The notes below the pieces were generated by a model. The model was not told the DNA's origin, ran no database searches, and was given only the letters and a program-made list of their open reading frames with translations. 64,000 bases of DNA from the human T2T-CHM13v2.0 reference genome, Homo sapiens: NCBI RefSeq assembly GCF_009914755.1, contig NC_060934.1; one strand, 5' to 3'. Position numbers and translations under genes: made by a program. This document shows, one piece after another, positions 20,781-47,395 of the stretch. Position 1 is the stretch's first letter, and every line of letters starts with the position of its first letter.

Positions 20781-21124
20781 AGAGCTTCTCCAGAATGAAT
20801 AATCAGCAGTGCTTATTGAAAAGCTGCCCACACTCTGGGCAGCTAATCTGAAAAGCCGTGAACAGCTAAAGCAGCTGACGGACATTTAATCTGTAAGCAT
20901 GTTCAAGGTCTTGTGCACTCAACAGAATCTTGCACCGCTCCTTCCTGACTTCTGGTTTCCTCTGCTTCCTCCCACATCCAGATGTCCAAGCCTCCTGTTT
21001 TCATTCCTGGCTCCCCCATGATCTGGGACCGTCTCTGCCTGGGCTCCTCTCCCAGGGCCACCTTCAGGGACCCTTTTCTACACCACCTTCCCATAAACCA
21101 TTTGCAGTGGGTGCAAGCTCTACC

Positions 21125-21404
21125 TTTTTTGCTTCTTTTTTCTTTTTTCGAAATTTTGGGGGTACAAGCACAGATTTCTGCCATGCACATATTGTGTAGT
21201 GGTGAAGGCTGGGCTTTCAGTGAACCCATCACCAAAACAGTGAACACCGTACCCAACAGGTAATTTTTCAGCCCTTACCCCCTCCCACCCTCCTACCTTT
21301 TGGAGTCTCCAGTGTCTATTATTCCATTCTATATGTCCATGGGTACCCATGGTTTAGCTCTCGCTTCTAAGTGAGAATATGTGGTATTTGACTTTCTGTT
21401 TCTG
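21125..21404 (-). mobile_element. Short 5'-truncated L1PB-type 3' end
   Basis: GGGGGTACAAG...CCCATCACCAAAACAGTGAACACCGTACCCAACAGGTAATTTTTCAG...AGTGAGAATATG; flanked by AAGC(T/G)CTACCTTTT. Confidence 0.85.
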
Positions 21405-21414
21405 AAGCGCTACC

Positions 21415-21705
<291 letters not shown>

Positions 21706-22037
21706 TGAAGCGCTACCTTTTAAGGGTCCTCTAGTTACCTGCATCTTCATGTGAAGTCCTTCTAGGGACACTCCTAAATGCCCAGGGTCCCCAGTGAGAG
21801 GATAAACCTGGAGGTAGGGTGTCAGGGAAGCCGACTGAGGTATGGGGATCAGGCAGGTGGCTGTCTATGTTACTGGGTACAAGACAGAGCCCAGATGTGA
21901 ACTTGTGGCTTGTTTTCAGAATTCATGGTTAGATATAAGTCATGCCATTTTTTTCTGACTTAGCACAAAATGATTTGAAGAGCTGTAAGCTTTTATATTG
22001 TCTGATTTACTTTTAAGTACTGTACTTCAGCAAAGGT

Positions 22038-22071
22038 TGTGTGTGTGTGTGTGCGCAAGTGCGTGTGTGTG
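22038..22071. repeat. Interrupted (TG)n
   Basis: Seen directly. Confidence 0.9.
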
Positions 22072-22627
22072 TTAGATTTGACCTTCACAATTCTTAATTG
22101 GAAACACACAATTTGGGGATGTTTAGTTAGCATCTGAAAGGCTAATCAGGAGCCCCTATTCCAGAGAGGAAACCCTAAGCCCTTCTGTTAGCTTTGTTAA
22201 TTGGCGCAGTGGATTTATAAGCAACTTTATACTGATGGGATGGCTGGGTTTAAGCTCCTTGGACTGGCTTCAGAGATTGTTCTGCCGTGATCCTCCTGCC
22301 ACTGCAATTCCAGTAGCCCCTTATACTTTGCATGGTGCCCAAGAAACAGCCCTGAGTCCTGGTCTTTCAGAGGCTTCCCTCACCCGGTCCTCATTAAGTC
22401 TGTGCAGTCCAGCTCCTGGGATATTGTTGAATCTGCCTTAGGTAAACATTTCCTGCAATGTTCTGAAAGAACAGAAAGCTGCCATTCCACAGAACTTACA
22501 GAACAGGCTCTGCAGCTGTTACTTGCCAGCTTGCTGGTCAATATTTGTAGGTGGGACAAGAGCTCTAGTCTCTGAGACTTGCTTTCATTGTAACAAACTG
22601 CCTCGTTGAGCCACAGTTTCCTTGTAA

Positions 22628-23008
<381 letters not shown>

Positions 23009-23010
23009 TA

Positions 23011-23475
<465 letters not shown>

Positions 23476-23601
23476 CTAATAAGGGGAATGAAAGTGATTT
23501 GTACTTAACAATAGAGCTGCTAACTGACAATCTGAAAAGAACAAGAGCCAGGCAGGAATAGGAACCTTAACATGCACATGGTATTAGAAGCTTCAGCTCA
23601 T

Positions 23602-23910
<309 letters not shown>

Positions 23911-24069
23911 TCATAACAGAGAAGAAATGGAAAAGAGAATACAAGAAACAGTCCCATTGACAAGTGGTTTTAGGTCCTGGTTTTGTTTGTTATGCTTATT
24001 AGAGTAGAGTAGAACTACCTCAAGGGCAAATGGGCATTTTGTTACACAGAAATTTCTGGAGTTTCTTAA

Positions 24070-24368
24070 TTTTTTTAATTTTTGTTTTACAGACAGGGTC
24101 TCACTGTGTCACCCAGGCTGAAACAGTGGTACACTCATAGCTCACTGCAGCCCCAAACTCCTGGGCTCAAGTAAACCTCCCACATTAGCCTTTCAAGTAG
24201 CTAGGACTACAGGCATGCACCACCACACCTGGCTATTCTTAAAAGTTTTTATGGAGACGGGGTCTCACTGTCCTGGCCAGTCTGGTCTTGAACTTCTGAC
24301 CTCAAGATATCTTCCCACCTTGGCCTCCCAAAGCACTGAATTATAAGCATGAGCCACTGTGCCCAGCC
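24070..24368 (-). mobile_element. AluJ-like
   Basis: Diverged Alu consensus. Confidence 0.9.
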
Positions 24369-24379
24369 TTGGTTTTAAA

Positions 24380-24675
24380 TATACATACATACATATATAT
24401 ATATATATGTATATATATGTGTATATATATGTGTATATATATGTGTATATATATGTATATATGTGTATATATGTATATATGTGTATATATATGTATATAT
24501 GTATATATATATGTATATATATGCGTATATATATGTGTATATATGTGTATATATATGTATATATGTATATATATATGTATATATATGTGTATATATGTAT
24601 ATATATATGTGTATATATGTATATATATGTGTATATATATGTATATATATATGTGTATATATACATATATATATA
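24380..24675. repeat. ~300-bp compound (TA)n/(TATG)n microsatellite
   Basis: Continuous purine-pyrimidine alternation such as TATATATGTG. Confidence 0.97.
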
Positions 24676-24955
24676 AAATATAGAAAGCAACAAAAGTGAG
24701 ATACAGTTCTTCCTCTTCCCTTTCTTTTTCTTAAAAGAAAATCTTTTGAGTGTTACAGCTCTTTTAGAATTTGTCTAGCCGGCTTTCCAGTTTTGCCGGA
24801 AAGCCCCCAAATAAATAAATAAATATAAATCTTTTGCATCAAAGGACATTATCAAGAATGTGAAAGACAACCTACAGAATGGGAGAAAATATTAACAAAT
24901 CATATATCTCATAAGGGTTCAATATTCAGAATATATAAAGAACTCTTACAACTCA

Positions 24956-25288
<333 letters not shown>

Positions 25289-25689
25289 TCAGTTAAAAAA
25301 CAGGCAAAGGACATGAATAGACATTTCTCCAGAGAAGATATACGCATGGCCAAAAAGCACATGAAAAGATTTTCCACGTCATTGGTCATTAGGGAAATTA
25401 AATCACAACCAAAATGAGATACCACCTCAACTAGGATGGCTCAAATAAAAAAAAGAGTTGGTGAGGGTATAGAGAAACTGGAACCCTTCAGCATTGCTGG
25501 TGCAAATGTATAAAGGGTGCAGCCACTGTGGAAAACAGTCTGGCAGTTTCTCAGAAAGTTAAACATAGAGTTTCCATATGACCCAGCAATTCCGCTCCTA
25601 AGTATACACCCAAGAGAAATGAAAACATATGTCCACACAGAAATTTATACACAAGTGTTTATAGCAGCATTATTTATTTGTTTAAGCTT

Positions 25690-26638
<949 letters not shown>

Positions 26639-26915
26639 AACTCTTAACGAAGTAGTATTCAGCCATAAAAAGGAACAAAGTACTGACACATGCTACAATA
26701 TGAAGGAACCTTGAAAACATTAAGCTACCTGAAAGAAGCCTGTTACAAAAGGCCATATATGTATCATTCCATTTATATGAAACATCCAGGTTAGGCAAAT
26801 CCATCAAGACAGAAAGTGGATTAGAGGTTACCAAGAGGTGGGTGGACAGAGAAGTGGGGAGTGATTACTTAGTGGGTATAGGGCTTCCTTTTACAGGTAA
26901 AGGAAAAAATCTTGA

Positions 26916-27311
<396 letters not shown>

Positions 27312-27369
27312 TAAATTTCACTTCAAAAAAAAAAAAAGTGATCAGTTAAGGAAAAAAAAAAAAAGATAG

Positions 27370-27750
27370 TTGGGCCTAGGTCATGAAGAGGCTGAAAACC
27401 AAGCAGCAGAATTTGTGCTTTATTCTGTAGGTAATAGGGAGCCATTGAAGGTTTTATCCAGTGACAGCCGTTGAGTCGGGTAGAACAGAGAGGAAGGGAG
27501 AAACTGGAGCTGGGTGGGCCAAGTAGAAGGTCACTGTCATAGTCCAGCTGCCAGCAAGAACTGACATGGCTCTGCAAGCAACAGAGAGGGAAGGAAAATA
27601 TGAGAGAACCATTTCAGTACCAATAGGGTCTCAGCAACTGATTGGATATGGGCAGCAAGGAAAGCCAGGAGTGGATTGATTTTGAGGTATTGAACCGGGT
27701 GCCTGCATAAAGGTGGATTCATAGGAGAAGGAGCTGCTCTTTGAAGGTGT
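27370..27750 (-). mobile_element. L2 fragment
   Basis: TTTATTCTGTAGGTAATAGGGAGCCATTGAAGGTTTT is characteristic antisense L2 sequence. Confidence 0.65.
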
Positions 27751-27766
27751 TAAAAAATGGAAGAGG

Positions 27767-28633
<867 letters not shown>

Positions 28634-28874
28634 TTAACTGTAGCTACTCAATGCTTCACCCAGCAGGGAGTGGGAGAGTGGCTGAAATGTGGGTCCCAGT
28701 TCCACCGTGGTGAGCCCTGCCTGCCCCTGCTTTTCCCACAGGGTTTTTAGGAACACCACAAGCACAGAGGTGTACGGTTCCTGCAGGAAAACACAGATGC
28801 ATGGCTGAAGTTACAAACTGAGGTTGGCCCTAGAGGCTCAGAACTGGGATTGCCTCTTGAAAGACGTAGGTTGA

Positions 28875-29172
28875 GGCTGGGCGTGGTGGCTCAATCCTGT
28901 AATCTCAGCACTTTGGGAGGCCAAGGCGGGCAGATTGCCTGAGGTCAGGAGTTTGAGACCAGCCTGGCCAACATGGTAAAACCCCATCTCTACTAAAAAT
29001 ACAAAAAAATTAGCCGGGCATGGTGGCACGTGCCTGTAATCCCAGCTACTCAGGAGGCGAGGCCGGAGAAGCACTTGAACCCAGGAGGCAGAGATTGTAG
29101 TGACCCAAAATCACGCCATTGCACTACAGCCTGTGTGGCAGAGTGAGACTCCGTCTCAAAAAAAAAAAAAAA
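28875..29172 (+). mobile_element. AluS
   Basis: Alu consensus. Confidence 0.93.
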
Positions 29173-29327
29173 GAGAAAGAAAGATGATGGTTGAAGTCAG
29201 AATGGATGAGACTGCAGAGGACACTGTTCAGAAGACGATGGCAAGAAGGGCCAACCACAGACTCGGGGGAACACCCTTGGAGGGAGACAGGAAGAGAACT
29301 AGGGAAGGACCTATTACAGAATTTGGA

Positions 29328-30597
<1,270 letters not shown>

Positions 30598-31116
30598 TTT
30601 GGGCTTGTGACTGAGCAAATTACTGCTATGGGCAATAAGGGTTCGGTCCTGCTGGGAACATGTGTGAGTCTGTGGAAAAAGCCCCAGAATTGTCCTAGAA
30701 AGGGGTGAATAAGGTGGTGTATTTATTCATCAACCCCCTCACCCCCGCTTCATGCACTGAGGGTGTCCCCTGGGGGTTAACTCTGAGGAACAGCCCTCAG
30801 AGAAGCTCTGTTGTAGCAGAGCTTTCTGTAAGTGACAGCCAGTGTTGGTGTGTGTGCAGATGTGGGTGGGTGGGTGGCATGAGTGGAGCTCTGTCCGGGT
30901 TGGCTACAGGCTAGAGAGTCTCTTTGAAGGAAAAGGGAATCTAAGGGCCTGGTGTTTGGGCACATTTCAGGGGGAGGAGGGAGCACACCAGCTTGGCCCA
31001 GATCTGGTGTCACGGAAGCTTGCTGGGCTGATCTGTAGAGACAGTTTCTTCCCGCATGGGGAAAAAATATGAAGATGCGCCAAGGGTGTAGCAGTAAAAA
31101 GGAGGCCTAGCATGAC

Positions 31117-31881
31117 TGTGGCAGGCCAATCCTCCCTGGCAATCACACAGACAGGCCTACATGACAGTCACACAGACAGGCCTGCATAGCACTCCAGTTA
31201 CACAGGCAGATATCCACAGCGCCGCCTTAACATGGAGCAAATAGTTAAACCTAGGGAAATCAGTGCCCAGACATCAAAGCTAGAAATGAAACATACGGTC
31301 AGTCGGAGCCTTGAATGGGCTTCTCCCTAACCTGGAGCAAGCCAAAATAATAGAGACAGTCTTACATTCCCAGTGCCAAAACCCTTCTCGGGTCGACAAA
31401 ATCTGAGACGAGTCAAAATAACTGAGGCAGCTGTTTGAATAGATTCATTGGAGAGTGTAAGGCAGCTCTCCGGACCAAGCTGTGAAGGACATAAGCTAGA
31501 AATAATCACTCCGGTACCACAGTAGACAGGCCTTGAAGGTCCTGGGGCCCTTTTAATTGGACTGAGCAAGTATTTTTTTTTTTTTGCCTCTGACCTTCTA
31601 GTTGAAGCAAAATTAGTTATCAGTAGCCTTAGGCAAATGTTTTACTGCACGTAGGCACATAGCCGCAGCCAATATAAGCACTAAGAAAATTGTAAGGCGT
31701 GGTCTAAAATAAATTTTTTAAAAAAAGAAATTGTAACACTTTGAGTTGGTCTGGTGGAATTATCTCCGGCCTTCTCCCTGTATCCGGTTATAGCAATAAA
31801 TTCCCTTCTTTCCTAGTTTGTCTGTTTCTCGTTATTGGTTCTCAAGAAAACACAGCCGGACCTTGCTTGGTTCTGGGAACA
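31117..31881 (+). mobile_element. ERV1 solo LTR (MER50-like)
   Basis: TGTGGCAGGCC...GGGAACA ends; 4-bp TSD TGAC; TATAA at ~31673; AATAAA at ~31795. Confidence 0.8.
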
Positions 31882-31932
31882 TGACAGCTCCATTTGGCTC
31901 CTAACCACTCCCACTCCCACGGTATCTGTTAA

Positions 31933-32328
<396 letters not shown>

Positions 32329-32419
32329 TGAGGATGATAATATTCCCTTCCCGAAACTAATTCCCAAGGAAATAAGAAGGGAGTACACACAAATCACAAT
32401 GTTATGTTAAAGATTTATA

Positions 32420-32707
32420 GGCCGGGCGTGGTGGCTCACGCCTGTAATCCCAACACTTTGGGAGGCCGAGGCGGGTGGATCATGAGGTCAGGAGTTCAAG
32501 ACCAGCCTGGCCAACATGGTAAAACCCTGTCTCTACTAAAAATACAAAAATTAGCCGGGCGTGGTGGTGCACACTTGTAATCCCAGCTACTCGGGAGGCT
32601 GAGGCAGAATAATTGCTTGAACTTGGGAGGTGGAGGTTGCAGTGATTGTGCCACTGCAATCTAGCCTGGGCAACAGAGTGAGACTGTGTCTCAAAAGAAA
32701 AAAAAAA
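32420..32707 (+). mobile_element. AluS (Sg-like)
   Basis: Alu consensus; TSD AAAGATTTATAG. Confidence 0.95.
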
Positions 32708-33109
32708 GATTTATAGGAATATTGTCACATGAGCAAGACAGAGAAGGTTCCCAACCTCCTCGGGTCCTTGCTGGTGCCCAGATATCTGTGGTCATCGGTC
32801 ACCTCTTGGTCTCAACCCCCTTCCTCTTCCCCTTTCCCTAACATAACAGGGGCCCGAAGTTTATATTAATTCATGATGAGTTACAGTGTTAGGACAGCAG
32901 TCTGCCATCTTCATGATTTGCTGGCTCTCTAAATAAAGTCGTCTCCCTTGCCCCAGCACCTTGTCTCCTGATTTATTGGCTGTTGTTACAGGGTGTGAGG
33001 AGAGGGGAGAAGAACAGGGAAAGCAGGCAGGTTATTAAACACAGTCAATATTTCTGGCTCCATTGAAGTCACATGATTTGGAAAAAAAAGTTGGGGAATT
33101 GAGGGGAGA

Positions 33110-33436
<327 letters not shown>

Positions 33437-34022
33437 TGAAATGACAAGAGGAAAACCCTGGAAAAAGTTAGGATCCACAATTATATAGTTTCTGGAAAAA
33501 AGAAACCTAAAAGTGTATTTCTTGCTTATTTTCTTTTTACCCACGAGACTTGGAAAACAGAACAAATGTAATGCCCTGGTTCTAAACAGCATGTTAAGCT
33601 CAGCATTATGTGGCTCTCAGTGTTCAAGTGGCGCTCCCCTCTGATCACGAGTGAGACCATCAGAGTGTGGGGTGACTCGCAGCTGCCTGTCGGGCTTCTG
33701 CAGGAGGAAGACCCCAGCTGCTGCCCCGGGTGGGTGGGGAGATGCCAGCGGGAAACTTCATCTCCGCAGACACAGCAACTGCCCGACAGCCCCACAGGAC
33801 TGGGGACAAGACACGAAATAAATTGCTTCTCCCACCACACCTCTGAGGCTGTGGACAGGGTGTTTGTGGGACCCAACTCAGAACTGAGCTGTCCTCATTC
33901 TTGCTACTTACTAATGCAATACTGGGCTGAACGGCCATCTGGTTCTGTTGGGATTCTGAATACAATCTGTGTGTAGGATTGGGTGGAAGTACCTGGCTGA
34001 AATCCAGATAAGGAAAGAATTG

Positions 34023-34669
<647 letters not shown>

Positions 34670-34801
34670 TTATTCCATGCAGTAAATTTGTAATCTTGTC
34701 AGAACAACTCTGGTGAATTTAACATTATTTATTATCTAAGAGGGAACGTGCTGCCTTGTTCATTTCCTGATGTTCCATGAAAGTGATTATGGGATGGATA
34801 G

Positions 34802-35461
<660 letters not shown>

Positions 35462-35743
35462 TCAAGTGAATTTATGATCGTGGCTGCCAAGCCACCATTT
35501 GCCGGGTCCATTACAATATCCCCCCTAAGCATTTCAAATCCATCAATAGATAACGAAGACATTGTAGAACCCTGTTATGACACCAGGTTGGTGGGCCTAG
35601 GTCAGCTGTTCCATGAGAGGCCCCAGCATGCTGTGTGCGGTGGGAGGTAGTACATGAGGTTGCAGGACAAGAGGCAGGTGTCACCCGTAAGTTGTGGGAC
35701 CTTGGATAGGTTAGGTGGCCTCAGGTTTCAATCTGTATCTGAA

Positions 35744-36400
<657 letters not shown>

Positions 36401-36682
36401 TTTGTACCTGGAAATGAGAAAACTGGATTAGATCATCTCAAATATCTAAACATCTAAGGTGGCTAAACATAGTATTGGGTGGCCGAGGGTAATGCAATTT
36501 CTGTTTCTGATTTGGACAAAGAAGCCTACAGTAAGAATGAATTTAGGGGGAAATTTTCAAAAAAAAAATCTCTTTGGAAAAGTAAATGCAGTTCTCTTTG
36601 AGAAAAGGCACCTAGTTTGAGTATCCGCTGGAAATGCGAGTGGGTCAAGGAATGAGTGACTTTCAGCTAAAGAGAGTTATCA

Positions 36683-37010
<328 letters not shown>

Positions 37011-37449
37011 TCAGGCTCAGGGAACAGGGAAGAGGGGACAGGGGTCTGAAGCTTCTGACCATGAAGTGCACTTATCTGCCTCTGAGATCATCCATTAAGC
37101 AGGCTGGGTTCTTAGTAGGGAAGGCCTGAGCCTGTTTGCCAGTCCTGCGGGGCATTAACAGGGGTCACACTTACCTAATGCTTATCATTTTCAAATGCCT
37201 TTCATTTATATTTCCTCTAGGATGAGGACGATACTTTACTTGTGCGTAAATATATTTCCTTCTTTTAATTTTGTTTGGAATGTCATATCTGTTAATGAAT
37301 TTAAATTAGTGATGAATTAGTATTTCTGTTGATAGTTGATGGACAGTCAATTTTATAGGAGAACCTAATTGACCAACCTGGGTCATAGTTGTATATTTTC
37401 AGCTCCTGACTTTCTGGTGCCACCAGTTGGAGTTACTAGTGCCCTCCTG

Positions 37450-38350
<901 letters not shown>

Positions 38351-39169
38351 GTGCCTCAGCATATCCCCCTAAATCTCTGTCTTAGCTGTAGAGAGAACAG
38401 TAATACTTTTCCTGGTTTCTCCTACAACCCTAACTTGACAAAAATTAAGTCCCTACTCCAGTTTTGAGACCACTAATTTCTCTAAACCTGTTCTTTAAAA
38501 AAATTTCTTTAAGGCAACATTTTTAGCTCTGAGATTTAAGTTAAGTGGAGCTGCTGATACAGCTCCAATGAGTGAAGGAACACCAGGTTCTTCCTCTCAA
38601 GTTGAATTAGAAAAAACGGCAGGGACACACGTGGAGTAGTTTTAATGACTGGAGAGTTTAATAGGCAAGAAGGAAGGGAGAAGACAGAAGGAAGACCCTC
38701 CCCCATACAGAGACAGAGGGAGGGGGGCCTCTAAAGCCAAAAGAGGAAACCCCACCTGCCACGGATACCAGCCAGGTATATATACAGAGGCTGGAGGAGG
38801 TGGTGTCTGATTTACATAGGGCTCAGGGGATTGGTTTGGCCAGGCATGTCATTCACGTAGCCCGTGAAAAAGCTGGCTCTCCCACCCTAGCTTTTTAATA
38901 TGCAAATACAGGGTGCCATGATGTTCTACACATGTGGGGATATGCGGGGGCGGCCATATTGCCAGGAACATGTGGGGCAAGGGCAAGAAGGCTGCAGGAA
39001 TGGCCATGTTTGGGTGGACCCAGTTTCTAATGGCCATCATTTGCTTATCAAAGGTTGCCAGCCTGGCTCTAAGAGCTGGGGCTTTACAAGAAACTTTTCC
39101 AGAGATGCTTTAAAAAACGAAAACTTCCAAAGGACCCCTTTTGTCTCTATCTGACTAAAATAATTTCTT

Positions 39170-40848
<1,679 letters not shown>

Positions 40849-41129
40849 TCATAGGCTTTTGTGTTTGAAATAACTGCAAGAGTATTGATTACCTCCTTCA
40901 GTCAACATTCTTGTGAAAGTTCTCATTCTGCATCCCTGCTGGGCGAGAGGCCATTTCTCCCAAGGTAGCTGGGGCATCGTTATTGATGAAGTGGACTTCA
41001 AGTGACTAGTTAGGAAAGTCCTCAGGGTTCCTTTCCCAGCCGCCTGGACCCAGGCTTGTGGACAGAGCAGGAGGCAGACCAAAGCCTTTCTTCCTCTTGC
41101 CCTCAGAGGAGTGGGGATATTTAGTTTCT

Positions 41130-41625
<496 letters not shown>

Positions 41626-42126
41626 CTTCGTGGACCACAGAGAATGCAAACACTATATGATGTGGTCTCTGTCCCAAAAAGCTTATGATACAGTTATCAG
41701 CATCACGGTCACTGTTCTCACTGCTTTCTACGGAGTTCTTACATCCGAGGCAATGTGGGGATCCACTGATTCATGTAACTCACATGATCATGGAAGAAGG
41801 TGCCTGATATGTGAGTCCTAGAACTCCTCATTCTGTATTGCTCTCTCTCTTTTAATGAAGCTTCCATTTCTAGACTACTCCTCTCTGGCTTTTCTCCTAT
41901 TGCATCTCCATGAAATGTTAACAGAAACAACTCTTTTGCTTCTCATCATCAGCTTGTGAGGAGGCATGACAGAAGTGACACATTCATAACAAAGAAGATG
42001 GGAGAAGACTAAAAGATGTAAAGAAATAAAGTACCTATTGCAGTGCTTGGCACAGAACAGTTTCTAGAAAAATATTAGTTCCCTTTTTTTTCTTTTGTTT
42101 CACTGTGTCTGCACTAATAATTAGTG

Positions 42127-42141
42127 CCACTAGATGGCAAC
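42127..42141 (+). promoter_or_regulatory. Candidate CTCF site
   Basis: CCACTAGATGGCAAC matches the core CCASYAGRKGGCR. Confidence 0.5.
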
Positions 42142-42809
42142 TTTTGGTCTAAAAACTACCCAGACAATCACTTTCAAATCTTAAAATACTTTTTGGGTTC
42201 TCTGTAACTGTATTCCACAGTGACTTTTAATGTAACAAAGTAAGAAAAATCTATTTGGGTTCCAAATAATGGAAAATGTAAATAAGTGAGCAGCAAAGTG
42301 CTCTTTGGGCAGAAAAACTGTCTAATGCTATGTCCTGGCCAGAATTTGGCATATAATTCTGCTTAAGAGTATTAATTATTGTGACTACTACTTAAGCACA
42401 CTGAATGTTAAATTTCTATTTATCTTGCAGGATTCTCAGCATTCCCTGGTGACAATGCTTGTTTCATATTTAGGAGCTCCCCATATTTGCAGCAATCTAT
42501 TCTTAGAAATAATTTTTTTGGAGAGTTCACTGGCCACAGATCACTCAGATACTGTTCCCCAAGAATTGAAAGGACAGAATCCTCAGCAAGCATTTTTTAA
42601 ATTATTTACTTTCATTGCTATATAAGAGTTGTATATATTTGCTCAGTAAACTCTTGCAGGAGAATTTAGAGTAACATTTCAGCCTTTTCTCTCAAGTTTG
42701 TGATTTTAAAAATGGCTGGAAACATTTATTGAGCACTTATTGTACTGCCAGTTATTATGTTGCATATTATATAATAATCCTATGATAAGTTGGTGGAATT
42801 TTTATTTTT

Positions 42810-43445
<636 letters not shown>

Positions 43446-45006
43446 TTTTTGGTAATTAAAGGCAATTTTAATAGAAAACTTGCTATTCTATTATTTTTCC
43501 CAATACAGTATTTTTTTTTAATTATGGTAAAATATAATGAACATAAAACTTACCATTTTAGCCATTTTAAGCGGCATTAAGGTACATTCACATTGTTGTA
43601 CAACCATCATTGCCGTCCATCACCAGACATTTTCATCTTCCCAAACTAAAACTCTGTACCCATTAAACAACAGCTCGATTCCCTCAGTTTCCCAGGCTCT
43701 GGAAATCACCATTCTGCTTTCTGTCTCTATGACTTTGTCTACTCCAGGGACCTCATATATGTGGAATCATACAGTATTTTGTGACTAGCTTATTTCACTT
43801 AGTCCTGTAGCTTATTTCACATAGGATAATGTCCTCAAATTTCATCCACATTGTAGTATGTGTCAGAATGTACTTCCTTTTTAAGGCTGAATAATATTCC
43901 ATGGTAGGTATATATCACAATTTGTTTATCTACTCATCCATCAATGGACATTTGGGTTGCTTCTACCTTTTGGTTATTGTGAATAATGGTGCTATGAATA
44001 TAGGTATACAAATATCTCTCCAAGGCCCTACTTTTGATTATTTTGGGTGTATACTCAGAAAGAAAACTGCCAGATAATGTGGTAGTTCTATTTTCAATTT
44101 TTTGAGGAGCCGTCATGCGATTTTCCACAGTGGCCGCACCACTTTACATTTTTACCAGCAGTGTAGGAGGGTTCCACATTCACCATTTCTTGCCAACACT
44201 TGTTATTTTTTGCTTTTTGTGTTTGTGATTTTTGTTTGTTTGTTTGTTTTTGAGAGCAGCCATTCTAATATGTATGAGGTGGTATCTCATGAGGTGGTTT
44301 CGCTTTGGATTTCCCTAATGATTAGCAATACTGAGCATCTTTTCATGTGCTTATTGGCCATTTGTGTATCTTCTTTGAAGTTCTTTGCCAATTTTTAAAT
44401 TGGGTTGTTTTGTTGTTGAGTTGTGAGAGTTCTTTATATATTCTAGCTATTAACTCCTTATTAGATATATGATTTGCAAATGCTTTATCCCATTCCATGG
44501 GTTTTTGGCTTTTCACTCTGTTGATAGTGTCCTTTGATTCAAATAAGTTTTTAATTTTGATGTAATCCAATTTATGTCTTTTTTATTGTTGTCTGTGTGT
44601 TGGTGTTATATCCAAAAAGTCACTGCCAGATCTTATGTCATGAAGATTTTCTTGTATGTTTTCTTCTAAGAGTTTTATAGTTTTAGGTCTTATATTTATG
44701 TTTTTGATCTATTTTGAGTTAATTTTGTATATGAGTCCTACTTCATTTTTTTTGTATGTGGATATCCAGTTTTCCCAACATCAATTTTTGAAAAGACTGT
44801 CCTTTCTCCATTGAATGGTCTTGTCATCCTTGTTGAAAATCATTTGACCATATATGCAATGGTTTATTTTGGGGCTGTCTACCCCATTCCATTGGTCTAT
44901 ATGTCTTTTTTTTAATGCCAGTACCACACTGTTTTGATTATTGTAGCTTTGTTGAAATCAGGAGGGGGCGAGTCCTCCAGCTTTGTTCTTTTTTAAGATT
45001 GTTTTC

Positions 45007-45296
45007 AGCCAGGTGCGGTGGCTCACACCTGTAATCCCAGCACTTTGGAAGGCCGAGGCAGGCGGATCACGAGGTCAGGAGTTTGAGACCAGCCTGCCCA
45101 ACATGGTGAAACCCCATCTCTACTAAAAATACAAAAATTAGCTGGGCATGGTGGTGTACACCTGTAATCTCAGCTACTCAGGAGGCCGAGGCAGGGCAAT
45201 TGCTTGAAACTGGGAGGCGGAGGTTGCAATGAGCCCAGATGGTGCCACTGCACTCCAGCCTGGGTGACAGAGTGAGACTTCATCTCAAAAAAAGGA
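45007..45296 (+). mobile_element. AluS
   Basis: Alu consensus; TSD AAGA(T/C)TGTTTT. Confidence 0.93.
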
Positions 45297-45613
45297 AAAG
45301 ACTGTTTTGGCTATTTGGGGTCCCTTGAGATTTCATATTAATTATAATTTTAGTATGGATTTTTCTATTTCTGCAAAAAATATCATTGGGATTTGGATAG
45401 GATTTGAACCTGTGGATTGCTTTGCATAGTATAAACATCTTAACAACAGTAAGTCATACATTCTATGGACATGAGACCTTTTTCTATTTATTTGTGCCCT
45501 AATTTTATTCACCAATGTTTTATAGTTTTTATTGTACAAGTCTTTCGTCTCCTTGATTAAGCTTATTCTAAGCATTTTATTCTCTTCGATACTATTATAA
45601 ATAAAATAGTTTT

Positions 45614-45981
<368 letters not shown>

Positions 45982-46070
45982 TTAATTCTTGGCATATAGA
46001 AATGTAACTGACTTTGCATGTTGATTTTTTATCCTGCAACTTTGCTACATTCATGTATCAGTTCTAATAA

Positions 46071-46403
<333 letters not shown>

Positions 46404-46503
46404 TAAATGTAAAGTCTTATTATCTGTGAACAGAAATAATGTTTTTCTTCCTTTCAAATATGGATGCCATTTACTTGTTTTTCTTGAGTAATTGCTTTGC
46501 CTA

Positions 46504-46842
<339 letters not shown>

Positions 46843-46882
46843 AGAATTGTCTTGTTCCTGATCTCAGGGAAAAAGCTTTTAG

Positions 46883-47395
<513 letters not shown>

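Noticed and set aside
24265-24699. YI/VY-repeat ORFs
   Set aside because: Artefact of the TA/TG microsatellite
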